Source of the DNA: Paraspadella gotoi
Taxonomy: Eukaryota > Animalia > Chaetognatha
Assembly (NCBI GenBank): GCA_051294375.1
Contig: CM119269.1
Location: forward strand, 6,396,541 to 6,460,540
Length of the DNA: 64,000 nucleotides
Reading direction: 5' to 3'
Shown: positions 42,340-54,724 of the stretch, one piece after another
Numbering within the stretch: the stretch's first letter is position 1
How the letters are laid out: the number at the start of each line of letters is the position of its first letter
Position numbers and translations under genes: made by a program
The notes under the pieces: model-generated
Told to the model about the DNA's origin: nothing
Seen by the model: only the letters and a program-made list of their open reading frames with translations
Database searches by the model: none

Positions 42340-42937
42340 AGTGTGGGTGTTAAATATGTGGATTAACTAACTAAAAAATCCTAATGCCCAGTGAAACATA
42401 TCGTCACATAATGAAATATCTTGTCACATCATGTCATATTGTGTCACATCATGTCACAATTGATATTTTTGTGTTTGTTAATCCCCATTTTTAACCCCCG
42501 CACTAAAAAGCCCCAGCCTTCCCGATATTTTTTGTAGATACAAAAAATATTATTTGTGACACGGTATGGGCGCCACTGGGTGTCACAGATCCCTTAGAGA
42601 ATCTCTTGGTCAGTGGGCACCACACTGTGTCACAAAGAAGAAAAATTGTCTTTGTATCTAAAGAAAAATATTGGGAAGGCTGGGGCTTTTAAGTGCAGGG
42701 GTTAAATATGGGGATTAAGAAACAATAAAATATTATTTGTGACACGGTGTGGGCGCCACTGGGTGTCACAGATACCTTAGAAAATCTCTTGGTCAGTGGG
42801 CGCCACACTGTGTCACAAAGAAGAAAAATTGTCTTTGTATCTAAATAAAAATATGGGGAAGGCTGGGGCTTTTAAGTGCGGGGGTTAAATATGGGGATTA
42901 AGAAACAAAAAAAATATTATTTGTGACATGGTGTGGG
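42340..42937. repeat. Foldback / 183-bp tandem repeat block
   Basis: TTTGTGAC unit starts at 42553, 42736 and 42920; each unit is internally palindromic; 42470-42545 is the reverse complement of ~42652-42724. Confidence 0.85.
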
Positions 42938-43069
42938 CGTTCTGCTATGATGAAAAAAAAGTCCCTAATAATGTTTTTCTTTAGCTTTTTATTAACAAAT
43001 TAATTAACGATTAACGGTCATTTAGGCCGCAGAAAGCGTGCCCAGGGTCGTATCCGTAGATTCATTCAT

Positions 43070-44754
43070 TCATTCTCTCTCTCTCCAAGGTAGAATGGAT
43101 ATGGTGAGTCGTTGAGCTTCACCATGGCACTTAGTGTTGGATTTCCAGCGGCATATCCCGACTTTATTCGAATATCCAAAAAATGGGAATTTTTTTGCTT
43201 CAAATTGATAATCGCAGGGATCCGGGCTGAAGGGTGAAAGAGCAATAAAAAATTTTTCAATTAGTTCATTGGGTTGTTGCACTCAAGCTTTTAAATATTT
43301 AATATATAAAATATATAATAAATGACAGAATTTGTTTTTAAATTTTATTTTTAAGAACGGATTCCTATAAAGCTTAAAAAGTTAAATAAAAGTTAGTACT
43401 ATAATTTTTTTAAATTTGGACTATAAATTGGTTAAAAATAGAAAAAAAAAACATAAAAAATCATCATCATCATTATCATTGGCTGAATTTTATGGTCTTT
43501 TAAAATTTTAATCAATAAAACATAAAATTTTAAAAATTTGTAATAATAACCTTTATCTAACTTTTAAAGCTCAATCAGAATCTATTAAAAAAAATGAAAA
43601 CAAAATTTTAAACTTTATATAGTAATGAAATACATTTTAAATGCTTCCGTGTGCTTATCAATAAGACACATTTTAAAAATTATTTTTATTTTCATATTCT
43701 CTAACAGTCATTTGACAATTATCTATTTGAGAGAACTTCCAGTTTTCAACCTGTTCTGGCCTATAGCTATAGCTCACCTCTGAAGTACATACAACATTCC
43801 GGTGCTTGATTTGCAATTCACAAAGTAATGGTTGATGTAAAAATTTCGACTGCCAGAAATGATAAAGGTATTAAAAGAGAAATGGCCAGAAAACTTGATC
43901 GGAAATCATTAATTACTTTGAGTGTCCTTTCATGCTCCAGGAATCATATTGAACAGGTAAGGTAACGTCGGGACCAGCGTCCCTCACCAACACTCTAAGT
44001 CAAACCAGTTGATGGCGTCGCTCCCCGTCCCGTTGAAGATGATGTTCACGGCCGGTTTGTAGATTGAGTCAACCTTTTTCCATAACGTGAAGCGAACCTA
44101 TATCACGTAAATCGAGATTTTTCATTTGGTTTCTAAAAGAACAAGAATTCTAGAGTGTTGCGCCAAAGTAACTTTCTTTCAAATTTATTTTCGGGTAATT
44201 ATGTCATTACCGTTTCCTACACTGCATCAGAATACTATCTTCTATTCTTTATATAATTTTTTTTTTAAAACAAAGGGTAGCAGTCGCTAAGATTAGAACT
44301 GTGTCAGCATTATTATTAATAAAAAAAAACATGTCAATTAATAAAAACAAGGGCTAACAAATCTGACCTTTCCTCCATTCGCAAATGTTTTTTTCCAGTT
44401 AGCAAAGGCATCGTGGTCGATAAAACTGCCTGTCGGGTCATAGGACATTCCCAATCCCGGTTCGCCCTTGCTTGCCGCTAATTAATTTTTAAAAAAAAAT
44501 CAGAGTAAAGGTATTATATATCTCTTTTTCTTTTCTTATGTCGTTTACTGTTTTACTCTCTGTCCAAATATCTAGACCTTATTATGCAATTTTTTAAGTA
44601 AAGTACCTTTTAAAATGATTCTAAAAATTAAAGCCTATTCAAGTATTCATTCACCCAAGATTTTGTTATATATGTGCACTCCGCTTCCAGATTCAACCTT
44701 CGCCACGAGACGTCCGAACTTGTTTGACAAGGGAGTCGACGCATCGCAACTCAT
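43070..44754 (-). pseudogene. Five-exon gene for an uncharacterised domain; exons 44754-44655, 44477-44368, 44097-43917, 43849-43778, 43226-43070; 4-bp frameshift in exon 3
   Basis: All four introns are GT..AG with compatible phases (1,0,2,2) once ACAG, present in the paralog at ~32392, is restored near 43996. Product about 208 aa: ..LVAKVESGSGVHIYNKIL..SFIDHDAFANWKK..VRFTLWKK..AVNIIFNGTGSDAINWFDLDRVL..WSMKGHSNRNFYINHYFVNCKSSTGMLYVLQSPDPCDYQFEAKKFPFFGYSNKVGICRWKSNTKCHGEAQRLTISILPW. Confidence 0.8.
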
Positions 44755-45004
44755 CTGGAAAATCAACTCACTTTAGAGTTTGCGGCCACAAACTCGTTCC
44801 TTCTGCAGTTGTATCGTTAACTCCATCGGCTCATTCATTACTATGGTTACACATTTATCAACAAATTTAAAAGTGATATAACTTTCTTTTTCGTTGCGTT
44901 TTTTGTATTAAACTAAAAGAGAAAAAAATGTTTGCAAACAATGGGTTTTTATTTCAAAATAACGGACATGTTTTGACCAATTATTTTTCGTCTTTACTCA
45001 TTGA

Positions 45005-45230
45005 GGCTCATTGAGTAAAGCCATCAGCTCATGACCACGAGGTACCGGGTTCAATCCCAACCTGGTACCTACCCTGCGGGAAGAGTGAGGACGGCCGTAA
45101 GCCGCCTTGGGGGCGTGGCAAACCCTCAAGCCTGGTTCCAAGCCCAGGACCCGTTCCATGTCTGCTAGAGGGGGTTATAGAAGTTACGGATAGTCATCTT
45201 CAGCCCACTTAGCGCCTTATCCACAAAAAC
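45005..45230 (+). mobile_element. tRNA-headed SINE-like element
   Basis: A-box-like GGCTCATTGAGTAAAGC, B-box GGTTCAATCCC at 45048-45058, GC-rich body, short A-rich end. Confidence 0.6.
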
Positions 45231-46511
45231 ATTTTAAATCTCAAACACATTGAAAAAGAAACAATCAAATGTCTAATATAGTAAAATAGGTAATCTTACA
45301 TTTTTTCATAGTAAAATCCGTTGTGAACTAAAACCATTTTGCCTCAATACATATAACAACGAAAAAAGAAAGGTTATTACCACTAAGTGAAAGACTTTAA
45401 AAAATTGAAACAAGTCTAATTAAAATTTCACTTGTTATTTGTTACCAAAAAAGATTGTTTAAAATTATTCTAACAATGAATTACATGTCTAAATAAAGTA
45501 TTTTTATAAGTAATAACAAATGTAAAATTTCTAAAGGAAGGAAGGCGATGTGCACTCGAAACCGAAAGCGATCCGGGCCAAAAAAAGTAGGGATTGCACC
45601 CGAAAACGGGAGCGGGAGGGGTCTTGGGAAGCGCCGGATTGGCAGCGGCGAAAAATCGATCGCTTCCACATCTCTGGTTTGCGAACATATAAACTTTGTT
45701 TTCTCTTCAATACCGAATTATATCCGTAAATTATGACATTAAATCATTTGAAGTTACATATGATCGTTTCTCACCGTCGATTCCGTTCCTTCTGGACTGT
45801 CGAGCAAGTAGTATTGTCCTATCGGGAATCACATAACACAATTTCATAATCAATTTCATAAGACAAAAAATAAGAATCTCTTCCTTATAGATGTGTGAGC
45901 AAAGTTAGTTAAAGTTGAACGTTTCATCTAAAAGATAGGTCAGACAACCTACCCAGTTCCTACCCAGTAATGAAGTAAAAATACAGTCAGATTCACAGTT
46001 CCGAATTGATTATTTAAACAGGCTGTAAATTGGTTAATCTCATCTTAATTTCGACTATGAACTATTTTTCGTTGTCGTCATTCGTTAATCAAGATTCGGT
46101 TCGTTCACACTTCACAATTCACTCTTCACACTTAACACTTCACTCTTCACCTTGTGGTTTTGGAACGGGACATGTCAATTTAGCTCCGAGCACTGGAAAA
46201 CATAAATTTTATTTGAGTGAACAAACAAGGATATTTAGACGTGAAATAGAATGATTAAGGAGTACAAAAATATTTTGCTTGTATGGTTTTTTCAGTTTTT
46301 TTCGGCGAATCCGAAACTGTTCTTAAAATTATAAAAATATGATTTTGAAATTTTATGATTTATAAGGATATTACCATAAAAAAAATTCAATTAATGAATT
46401 GTTATGCAAATTTTTTTGGAAAAAGGGCTTAATTATTTTTTATTACATATACAAAGGCAGCAAAAAATATTGTTCCATCCCTCTATCTTTTCATCACTCA
46501 TTGAACCATTA

Positions 46512-47136
46512 TGTTAAAGAGTTTATAAAAATTTTTATCTGAATTGAGCCAAATATCTGAATTTAAGGTTTTATTTAGTGACCCCAATAATTCGGTTTAA
46601 AGCCTCTAATTGGTTGAATTTTATACTTTGAATTTGAATATCTGGTCTCTCATTGGTTAATGATAACTAGTAGATGTTTTGATTGTATTCTCATTGTGTG
46701 TAAATCCTTTATTTTTTTGTGTTTTGGTTTAGGGAGACGAATAATTTATTTGCAACAAAAATTGTATTCTCAAAATGTGAACTCTCCTCTCATTGGTTGT
46801 TATAATTTTGTCCTTGTATATAAAAGGATAGTAAATTCTTAATATTTGGGAGAATCCTCTGAGGTATTAAATGATATTTATAAAATTATTTGAATATGTT
46901 AATTAATTTTAAGTTTTTATGTAGCTTTGAGCTGCTGCATCTTGGCTCTGCCACTTATCTTTATCATGCTGCTGCTCGTCTCTCAATGATTATTTGATAT
47001 TGGATACTTAATAAAGTTTCTAATCTACTTTTATCTCTTGGTATCTGGATTGAGTTCATATTAAGTCGAGATTAAGCACTGCTCAAACAATGTTCTCATC
47101 TGAAACAGAGAAAAACCCTACATGGAATCTCTTACA
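46512..47136 (+). mobile_element. Probable solo LTR (625 bp)
   Basis: TGTTAAAGAG..CTCTTACA ends, flanks catta/aatta (4 of 5), repeated ATTGG boxes, TATATAAAAG (~46817), AATAAA (~47010). Confidence 0.6.
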
Positions 47137-47872
47137 AATTATATGAAATCAATATAGAATGGATATTTAGGAGATAAGGTTAAGAGATTTTGATCTGGAA
47201 TTAGAGATTAAAGTTATTACTTTTGGCTAAGCTTTAGGATTAGGCCAAGTATTTTATAAAATATTATGATTAAGGTTAAATATTAGAGTTAAAACTAAGT
47301 TAAAGGATTGGGAATAGAATAGGGGCACTCTCGGAAAATAGTGACGGGATTGGCCTTTCATTAATTCTCACCTCTGAAGAGGAAGGGCGACAACAACAAA
47401 ATGCCAAGTAGAAACTTCCTTTTTTTTTCTTTTCAAAAAAAATTAAAAGCAAAAAAAAAAAAAAAATATTCCCAGTATTTATATTTCCCAGAATGCTTAA
47501 ATGTTGATTTTTTACTCCTTTGTTTACGTTTAATAATCTATTGACGATCGTGGCGGTGTGTGGAAGATAATGGGCTCGACGGCCGTGGATTCGATATCGG
47601 CGTCTTTCTTTGCCCTGTGGCGGTATATTCACACCGCCTCACGTCTCTGGGGGTCGGAATCTCCCAAAGCCAACAGTGAGATGCCCCATCCCAATGGGCA
47701 TCACAGACAACCCGGCTGTTGCAATAGCCCTCGTTTTTCGAGAGAAAGAACGCGACGATTATAAAGACGATGAAGAAACGTGAACTCGGGGGGGGGGGAG
47801 AAATCCTGATTATTTTTGAAATGTTAAGTATTTTGAGAGGCAGTTTGCCTCCGACGTCGTACGATTTTAATA

Positions 47873-48240
47873 GGGGTGGCCTATCTCAGTAAGTTGGGTC
47901 AAAAATTTTAATTGAGCACCTGCTCAAACAAAAATTTATACATTTAAAAAAAAAAATTAAGATGGACAAAAAAATTTTAATGACTCCATAGTCTATACCC
48001 TATATATTAATTTTTTAATATTTATTTATATATAGGAATGGCAAAAATTTTTTTTTTGGGTTTTTATTTCTAAGATCGGATTCAGGGAGCTTGCAAAAAG
48101 TTGTTTACACAAAGTATAATTCTTTTTTTGATATTCTTTATCTGGCGATATCTCTGCGATGCAAAACCGCGAAATTCCGCCACTAAACCTCGTCCAGGTT
48201 CTGATTCCCAGACCATCATGATTTTTCACAGATTTCTTTC

Positions 48241-48301
<61 letters not shown>

Positions 48302-49180
48302 ATTATCATCCGCCATCATTTATTCGGACTCTCCCCCTGTTCTTCCATCATCCATTCGCTTCTCTCTCTCTTTCTCTCTCTCTCTTTTCGGTGGCTCTTT
48401 TCTCACAAAAAAATTTTATTCTTTCTTTTTTCACATTCATCTGTTTGTTTCTTCTCATTCCCCTCATTTCTCTCCGTACATCCATCTCAGTTAGCTTCTC
48501 CAGAGTTCATAAAAGAAGGTCTTTAATTCATTCTGTATTCACTGAATTAATTCTACTTATTGATTCATTGGAGTCTTGTTCGCTTCTCGAAAAAGGAAAG
48601 ATCGATTATTATTTTTTCACTTGAATTCACCTTTAATAGGGGCGGGGATCCAAAACTTTAGTTTTGAAGTCTACTTTCAGGTAAAAAAAGAATTTTTAAA
48701 AAAAGTTCGATTTTAATGCTTTTATTGTTGCTATTAAAATTACAATATTACTATATAATGATGAATAAAAATGATGGATAAAAAGTTAAATAAAAAATAT
48801 GACTACAACTTTCAAAGAATCTTATGTTTTTTTGATAAAAATTAAGAAAAAGTAATAAAATTATCGAAAGATGATGATGATGATTATAAATAGTTTTTCA
48901 TTTTTTTTAAACACTTATGAACAAAATATCGAAAAAAGAATTATACTTTGTGTAGATAACTTTTTGCAAGCTACCTGAATCTTATCTTAAAATTAAAAAA
49001 ATTCTAAAAAATTGTTTAGCCTTTCCTATTTATAAATAAATATTAAAAAATTAATATATGGGGTATGGAGTAATATTAATTTTTTTTGTCTATTCAATTT
49101 TTTAAAAAAATGTTACAATTTTCGTTTGAGTAGGTGCATGTTTCAAATTTCTTAACCACCTTACAGAGTTAGGCTACTCC
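47873..49180. mobile_element. Old long-TIR MITE-like element (1308 bp)
   Basis: 47873-48135 and 48925-49180 are diverged ~260-bp inverted repeats; TA immediately outside both ends. Confidence 0.72.
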
Positions 49181-49500
49181 TACTTTAATTGCTATATTGG
49201 CTTTATTGGCATTAGTTATCTTCGTCTGTTATATTTCATTCAATGCCCCTGAGATGCTTAAAACAAAGCCTTTTCTATAAATGAATGAATAAAAGAATTA
49301 ATGAATGAGTGAATGAATGCATAAATTAATTAATGAATTAGTGAATCAATCATTCAATTAATGTTATTTCTTAATCTATCGATTCTCCGATTAAAAATTT
49401 CGCCATTCATTCTTCCATCGATCTTGCCTTCCATCCACCAGGTTCACCTCCTCCTCCTCCTTCTCCTCATTTTACCTTATTCAGGTCGTAACTAATTTTT

Positions 49501-50377
49501 AGTCGGATCTGCTTTCAGCAGATCCCGACTCTATAATTCACTTTGTCGTTCCGTCAGTCCGCCCCCTCAATCTTGTCGGGCAATCACATATATCATGTCA
49601 GAATGTCGAATTATAATAAATTTGGCAAAAAAACGATGTCCGTCTGTCTGCCTGTCTGTCTCTGTCTGTCCGTCCGTCCCTCCCACCTTATCAAAAAACT
49701 CAGATTACACGTGATTGGATGGATGGATTTGAATGAAAATTTGTATGTGGGTAGGGAATTGTGTGATTGAGTTGGATATAAAGTTTCGATGGAATTGTGC
49801 GAGTGGAAATGAGTTTAAATGAAAAAAAAATTTCACTATTTGAACGCCAATTACTCATAGGTGGACGGGGCAATTGACTTGAAATTTTGATTGTGGGTAG
49901 GAATCGTTTGAGTGGAAATGAGTTTAAATGGAAAAAACAAAAAACCTGTTTCACTAATTGATTATGCTTCTTTTTCTTTTTAATTTATATGTAAATGCAT
50001 GATGTATTAATTAATCAAATAATTAATCAGTTAAATAATTAATTAATTGGTAAATTAATCAATAAATTAATTATTCAATCAATCAGTTTATTTAGTTATC
50101 TATTAATTAAATAATTATTTATAAATTAATTAATTATTTAATCATTTAATCAATCAATCAAGTCAATATTTATCGGCATTATTGTCGTCATCGCCATCAT
50201 CGTCGTCGTTCCTTTTCTCGTGATCAGTGACGAAAAGACCTAAAAACAAACATTTCAGATCAAATTAACTAATTTATTAATTAAATTATTTTTTTTGTTT
50301 ATATAGATTGTATTAATTAATTAATTAATTACCGCTAATGATCGTGGGCAGATCCGACATTGTTTGCTCAAACTTGT
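49501..50377 (+). mobile_element. HINE family 1, complete copy
   Basis: Both termini, (GTCY)n tract, T-run at the 5' flank. Confidence 0.88.
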
Positions 50378-50911
50378 ATTTCTCAAGAGTTAGTTTACTC
50401 AAATAATAGATTCTTTCTTTGAACCATAAAATTAAAATTGTTAAATTCGGTCAACTTCCTAAATCATAGAGCGTTTGTTTCCTTTTTAAAATTTTTACCT
50501 AGAATAATTTTGAAACGATATATACTACCGACGACTCGTTTTGAACTCACTTCAGATAAACGATTAGTCTCTTGTAACTGCCACCATTTTAGATTTGTAT
50601 CACGCTATTTCGGCGAGAAAAAAAATCTAAATCAAACACTATCATTATTTTAAAATAATAGTTACATCACAACTACTACTCCACCTAATTTCCATATAAA
50701 CCCTCTTTTTTCACAAAGTCTCCGTTTAAAGATCTTCACACCATTTACTCTTTCACAGATCTTCTTCATGCCCTCACCCACTATCGCTATCTTGAGCTGT
50801 GAAAAGTCATTAGCATAAATTTTCGTCTTCGGTCCTGGGATTCGTCGGTTCGCGTCGGCGTTGGAAATGTAGTTCGCGCCTTCGCTTAAACTCTTCTGCC
50901 CGTTCTTAGCG

Positions 50912-51330
50912 CCTACTCCTTTGCCCTCTCTCAAAATGATCTCCCTTGCCCGATCTTAACCCCTACTCCTTTGCCCTCTCTCAAAATGATCTCCCCTGCC
51001 CGATCTTAACCCCTACTCCTTTGCCATCTCTCAAAATGATCTTCCCTGCCTTGTCTTCGAACAATCTCCCCATCTCGATCATTGCGTTAACTTCTTTGCC
51101 CTCTTTTTGAAGGATCTTCCCTGCTCGATCATATTGCTTACTCTATTGGTCTCTTCATGAACAATCTCCCTATTGCGATCTTAGTGCCTACCCCTTTGCC
51201 CTGTCTTAGAACAATCTACTGAACCCAAATTCAGCGCCTAAACCTTTGCTCTCTTCTCAATCTCCCTTCTTAGCCCTCTATCCATCCCAAACTATCTTGC
51301 CCTCTCAACCGCTGTAACTTGCCCTCGATC
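50912..51330. repeat. 50-bp minisatellite, three close units then decaying
   Basis: CCTACTCCTTTGCC recurs at 50912, 50962 and 51012. Confidence 0.85.
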
Positions 51331-51649
51331 TCGCACTCCCTTGTTTTCTCTCGGCCATTAGTTGTTCAGACACCCCTGTTCTTATTTTCCCTGGCGCTCC
51401 CTTGTCCCATTTTCTATCAACTCTCTATCTGGCTCCCCGCCCCGCTACTGCGAAACCAAATTGACAAATTCTGTCAAGAGTATCACAAACCCCCTTGCTC
51501 CTTCCATCTGCTTGTCCCGTTTATTCTAAGCAACAAGGCAACGAAAGCAGATGGGCAAACTCGGCTTCAGGGATTTCTATCAATGAGTCTTTGGAACTGG
51601 TTTCTGCATACATTTGAATTAAACGATGTCTCTTTAGCGCTTTTAAGCA

Positions 51650-53108
51650 ATTAATTAATTATTAAATTATTAATTATTTGTAAACAATTAATTAATTAAT
51701 TTTTTGATCGAGATTGTTGTTTGGTGATTGAGAGGCGAGACAAAGTGGAAAATGATTTTGACACAAATAAAAAAAATTCTTATTAATTAATTAATTAATT
51801 AATTATCTGATCATCTGCTTACAGCTAATGATCGTGGGCAGATCCGGCATTGTTTGGTCAAACTTGTTTTTTTTTCCTTTCTCCTTTTTTCCTCTATAAT
51901 TCACTTTGTCGGTCCGTCGGTCCGCCCCCTCAATCTTGTCGGGAATTAACTTAAATCATGTCATAACATCAAATTATGATAAATTATTCAAAAAAATGAA
52001 GTCCAATGAGTTTAAATGGAAAAAACATAAGTCACAATTACTTGAATATTTTTTACTAATTTCAACTCATAATAACACTAATTAAAAATAACGAACCTGG
52101 ATATAAAGATTTGATGGAATCAGGCAAGTGAAAATTAGTTTAAATGGGAAAAAAAAGTATAAGTCACCTTTACTTGAATCTTTTTACTAATTTTAACCCG
52201 TAATTACTCAAATTATTCATAATTGGATGCATAGATTGAGTTGAAATTTTGTGTGCGGGTAGGAAAGTGTGTGATTGAGCAGAAAATAAAGTTTTGATGG
52301 AATCGAGGAGTGGAAATGCGTTTGTATGAAAAAAACAAAGTCAAGTTGACTTAAAATTTTATTATTTATGCTTACTCATAAATGTTTTAATTAGTTAATT
52401 AATTGATTAATTAATTAATTAAATTTAAAAAATGATGCAAGTTGAAAAAATGATGCAAGTTTAAAAAAAGGTGCAAGTTGGAAAAATGGTGCAAGTTGAA
52501 AAAATGGTGTGAGTTAAAAAAATGGTGCAAGTTGAAAAAATGATGCCAGTTGAAAAAATTTGCGAAATGAAAAAATTATGCAAGTTATGGCGACGTGAAT
52601 AATTGAGATAAAGAGACAGGTTTAAAGGGAATACATTTAATACAATGTACAAGGAGTTAAACATTAACAGTAATAAATGGTTAATGAGAAAGTATTATAG
52701 AGATTTTGAGTTGTCTACCATCGTGAGCTTGTCCGCTTTTAAAGCCAAAAGTCGGCCCAAGTGTCCTCTGCACAAGGTCAGTGGCTAAACAATCACCGGT
52801 TACCACGGTGGCCAGAGACATGACCCACGTGACCTAAAGCGTCCTCCATAAAGTTAAAAAAATGATGCAAGTAAAAAAAATGATACTAGTTTGAAAAATG
52901 ATGCGAGTTAAAATAATGGTGCGAGTTCAAAAAATGGTGCAAGTTAAGAAAATGGTGCAAGTTGAAAGAATGATAAGGTATGTTATGGTATGGTATGGTA
53001 CGATCTGTTATGATCACGAATTGAAAGAATTATCGTCATTTATCATCTGATTAGCTGATGACCATTTAATTATCGTAGGCAGATCCGACATTGTCTGCTC
53101 AAACTTGT
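51650..53108 (+). mobile_element. HINE family 1: 3' fragment (to ~51868) followed by a headless copy (51891-53108)
   Basis: Two 3' termini (~51868, 53108); the second unit starts at CCTCTATAATTCACTTTGTC without the 5' hairpin. Confidence 0.8.
52586..52850. mobile_element. 265-bp insertion with TATGG..CCATA ends and AAGT target duplication
   Basis: Interrupts one GCAAGTTAAAAAAATGAT minisatellite unit; AAGT at 52582-52585 and 52851-52854; ends TATGGCGACG / CGTCCTCCATA. Confidence 0.75.
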
Positions 53109-53498
53109 TTTATACTTTTTAATTTATTTTCTAATTAAATTACAGTTTTTATTTTTCAATCTCAGATTTATCTGAAATTCCTCAGAGCTTTTATAGTGAT
53201 AATCAAGATTTTTAAATAAAATATTGAAAAACAATTTCAGCATTCCTGACGTTATTACCAGCATAAAAACTTTCTTTTATTCATTGAAAAACTTTCTTCA
53301 TAATTTCTACGACCATAAATTAAAAATTTATTTAAAATAACATAAATATATATTTGTGATAATAAAATTCATAAATAATATAGAAAAATATATTTAAATC
53401 TTTTATTAAGTAATTTTTCGAGGAAACAGAAAGAAGGAAATTAAATAGATAATGGGTCTTATTTCATCCTCAATTTAGATTTAGGATAAATTTAAAAT

Positions 53499-54625
53499 AA
53501 ACAAGTTTGAGCAAACGATGTTGGATCTGCCCACGATCATTATCGGTAATTAATTAATTAATAATTAAATAATTCAAGTTAATTAATTAATTAATTAGGC
53601 AATCAATTAATTAATTTGATCCAAAATGTTTGTTTTTAGGTCTTTTCATCACTAACAAACAGACAGAAGCAATGACAACGATAACGATTGACTTGATTGA
53701 TTGACTGATTAACTAATTATTAAAGTATTTTCCTTCACGTCATTCAGGAAAAAATTCTAATTCTAAAACTAAGAAAATTATAAAAGAAAATAGTTATGAT
53801 TTTTACTAAAAAAAGGGTATAATTTTTGTGGAGGTTGAATCAATGTTTTATCAAGAAATGGTTGTTTTCATTCGTTTTTATGACCGAATCACGATCGTTC
53901 GTCTGAAACAGGGGATACTTGAACGTTAGTTATCGCGTGCGAGAAGGTAGAATTCTTCAGAAAGAGAGAGAGATAGAGAGAGAGAGAGAGAAAAGAAATA
54001 GAGAGAGGGAGAAAGAAAGAGTGAGAGATAAATCCGGTTATATTGATGCGGTCAAGGGCTTTATTTATTTCTTTTTCTTACTTAATCTCTTTGATATTGT
54101 TCGTTAAATTTATAATCTTTAAATACGTAAAATTTCCATTGCTTAACCGAGAAACAACTTTTTATTAAATAAAAATAAAACCAAAACTAAAATTTGATGG
54201 TCACGTGACCAATTTCTACCAATCACAGAGCGCAATTGAAGATTCTTTTAAAAATGGTAAAATCTGCAGTGGATCCTGAATATTTTTTTGATATTTATTA
54301 TTATGAAATCAAATAAAACGATATTAGGTAAAGGAATCACCGACTGGCAACATATTTAAAAAAATTATATGTGCATATGATCCGCCCTAGTGTTGAAATA
54401 GTGAAATATATATATTTTTTTCCATTTAAACTCATTTCCACTCAGACGATTCCATCGAAATTTCATATCCAGCTCAATCACACACTTCCCTACACACACA
54501 CATAATTTCATTCAAATCCATCCATCCAATCACGAGTAATTGGTATTTTTTGCTAAGGTGGGACAGACAGACAGACAGACAGACGGACAGACGAACGGAC
54601 ATCATTTTTTTTGTATAATTTATTA
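53499..54625 (-). mobile_element. HINE family 1 fragments (53499-53720 3' end; 54391-54625 internal)
   Basis: AACAAGTTTGAGCAAAC terminus; central repeat and (GACA)n tract. Confidence 0.7.
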
Positions 54626-54678
54626 GCGAAAAGAAAAGTTTCTTTTGTTAGGTATTACAACGATTTTATTCAGAATAG

Positions 54679-54724
54679 GACTGTCATGTTTCGACTCTGT
54701 TTTTCGAGTCTTCATCAGCGTTTG
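54679..54724 (-). ncRNA. Degenerate minimal hammerhead-ribozyme-like motif (Penelope pLTR type)
   Basis: Minus strand CTGATGA-A-GACTC-gaaaaaca-GAGTC-GAAA-CATG-AC, with AATAAA just downstream. The cleavage triplet is GAC rather than GTC and stem I is weak. Confidence 0.5.

Noticed and set aside
42340-42937. CRISPR-like array
   Set aside because: Whole 183-bp units repeat with no unique spacers, there are no cas genes, and the context is eukaryotic.
47120-47136. CTACA-TGG as LTR end plus primer-binding site
   Set aside because: The sequence after TGG matches no tRNA 3' end I recognise; the boundary at 47136 fits the inverted end and flank duplication better.
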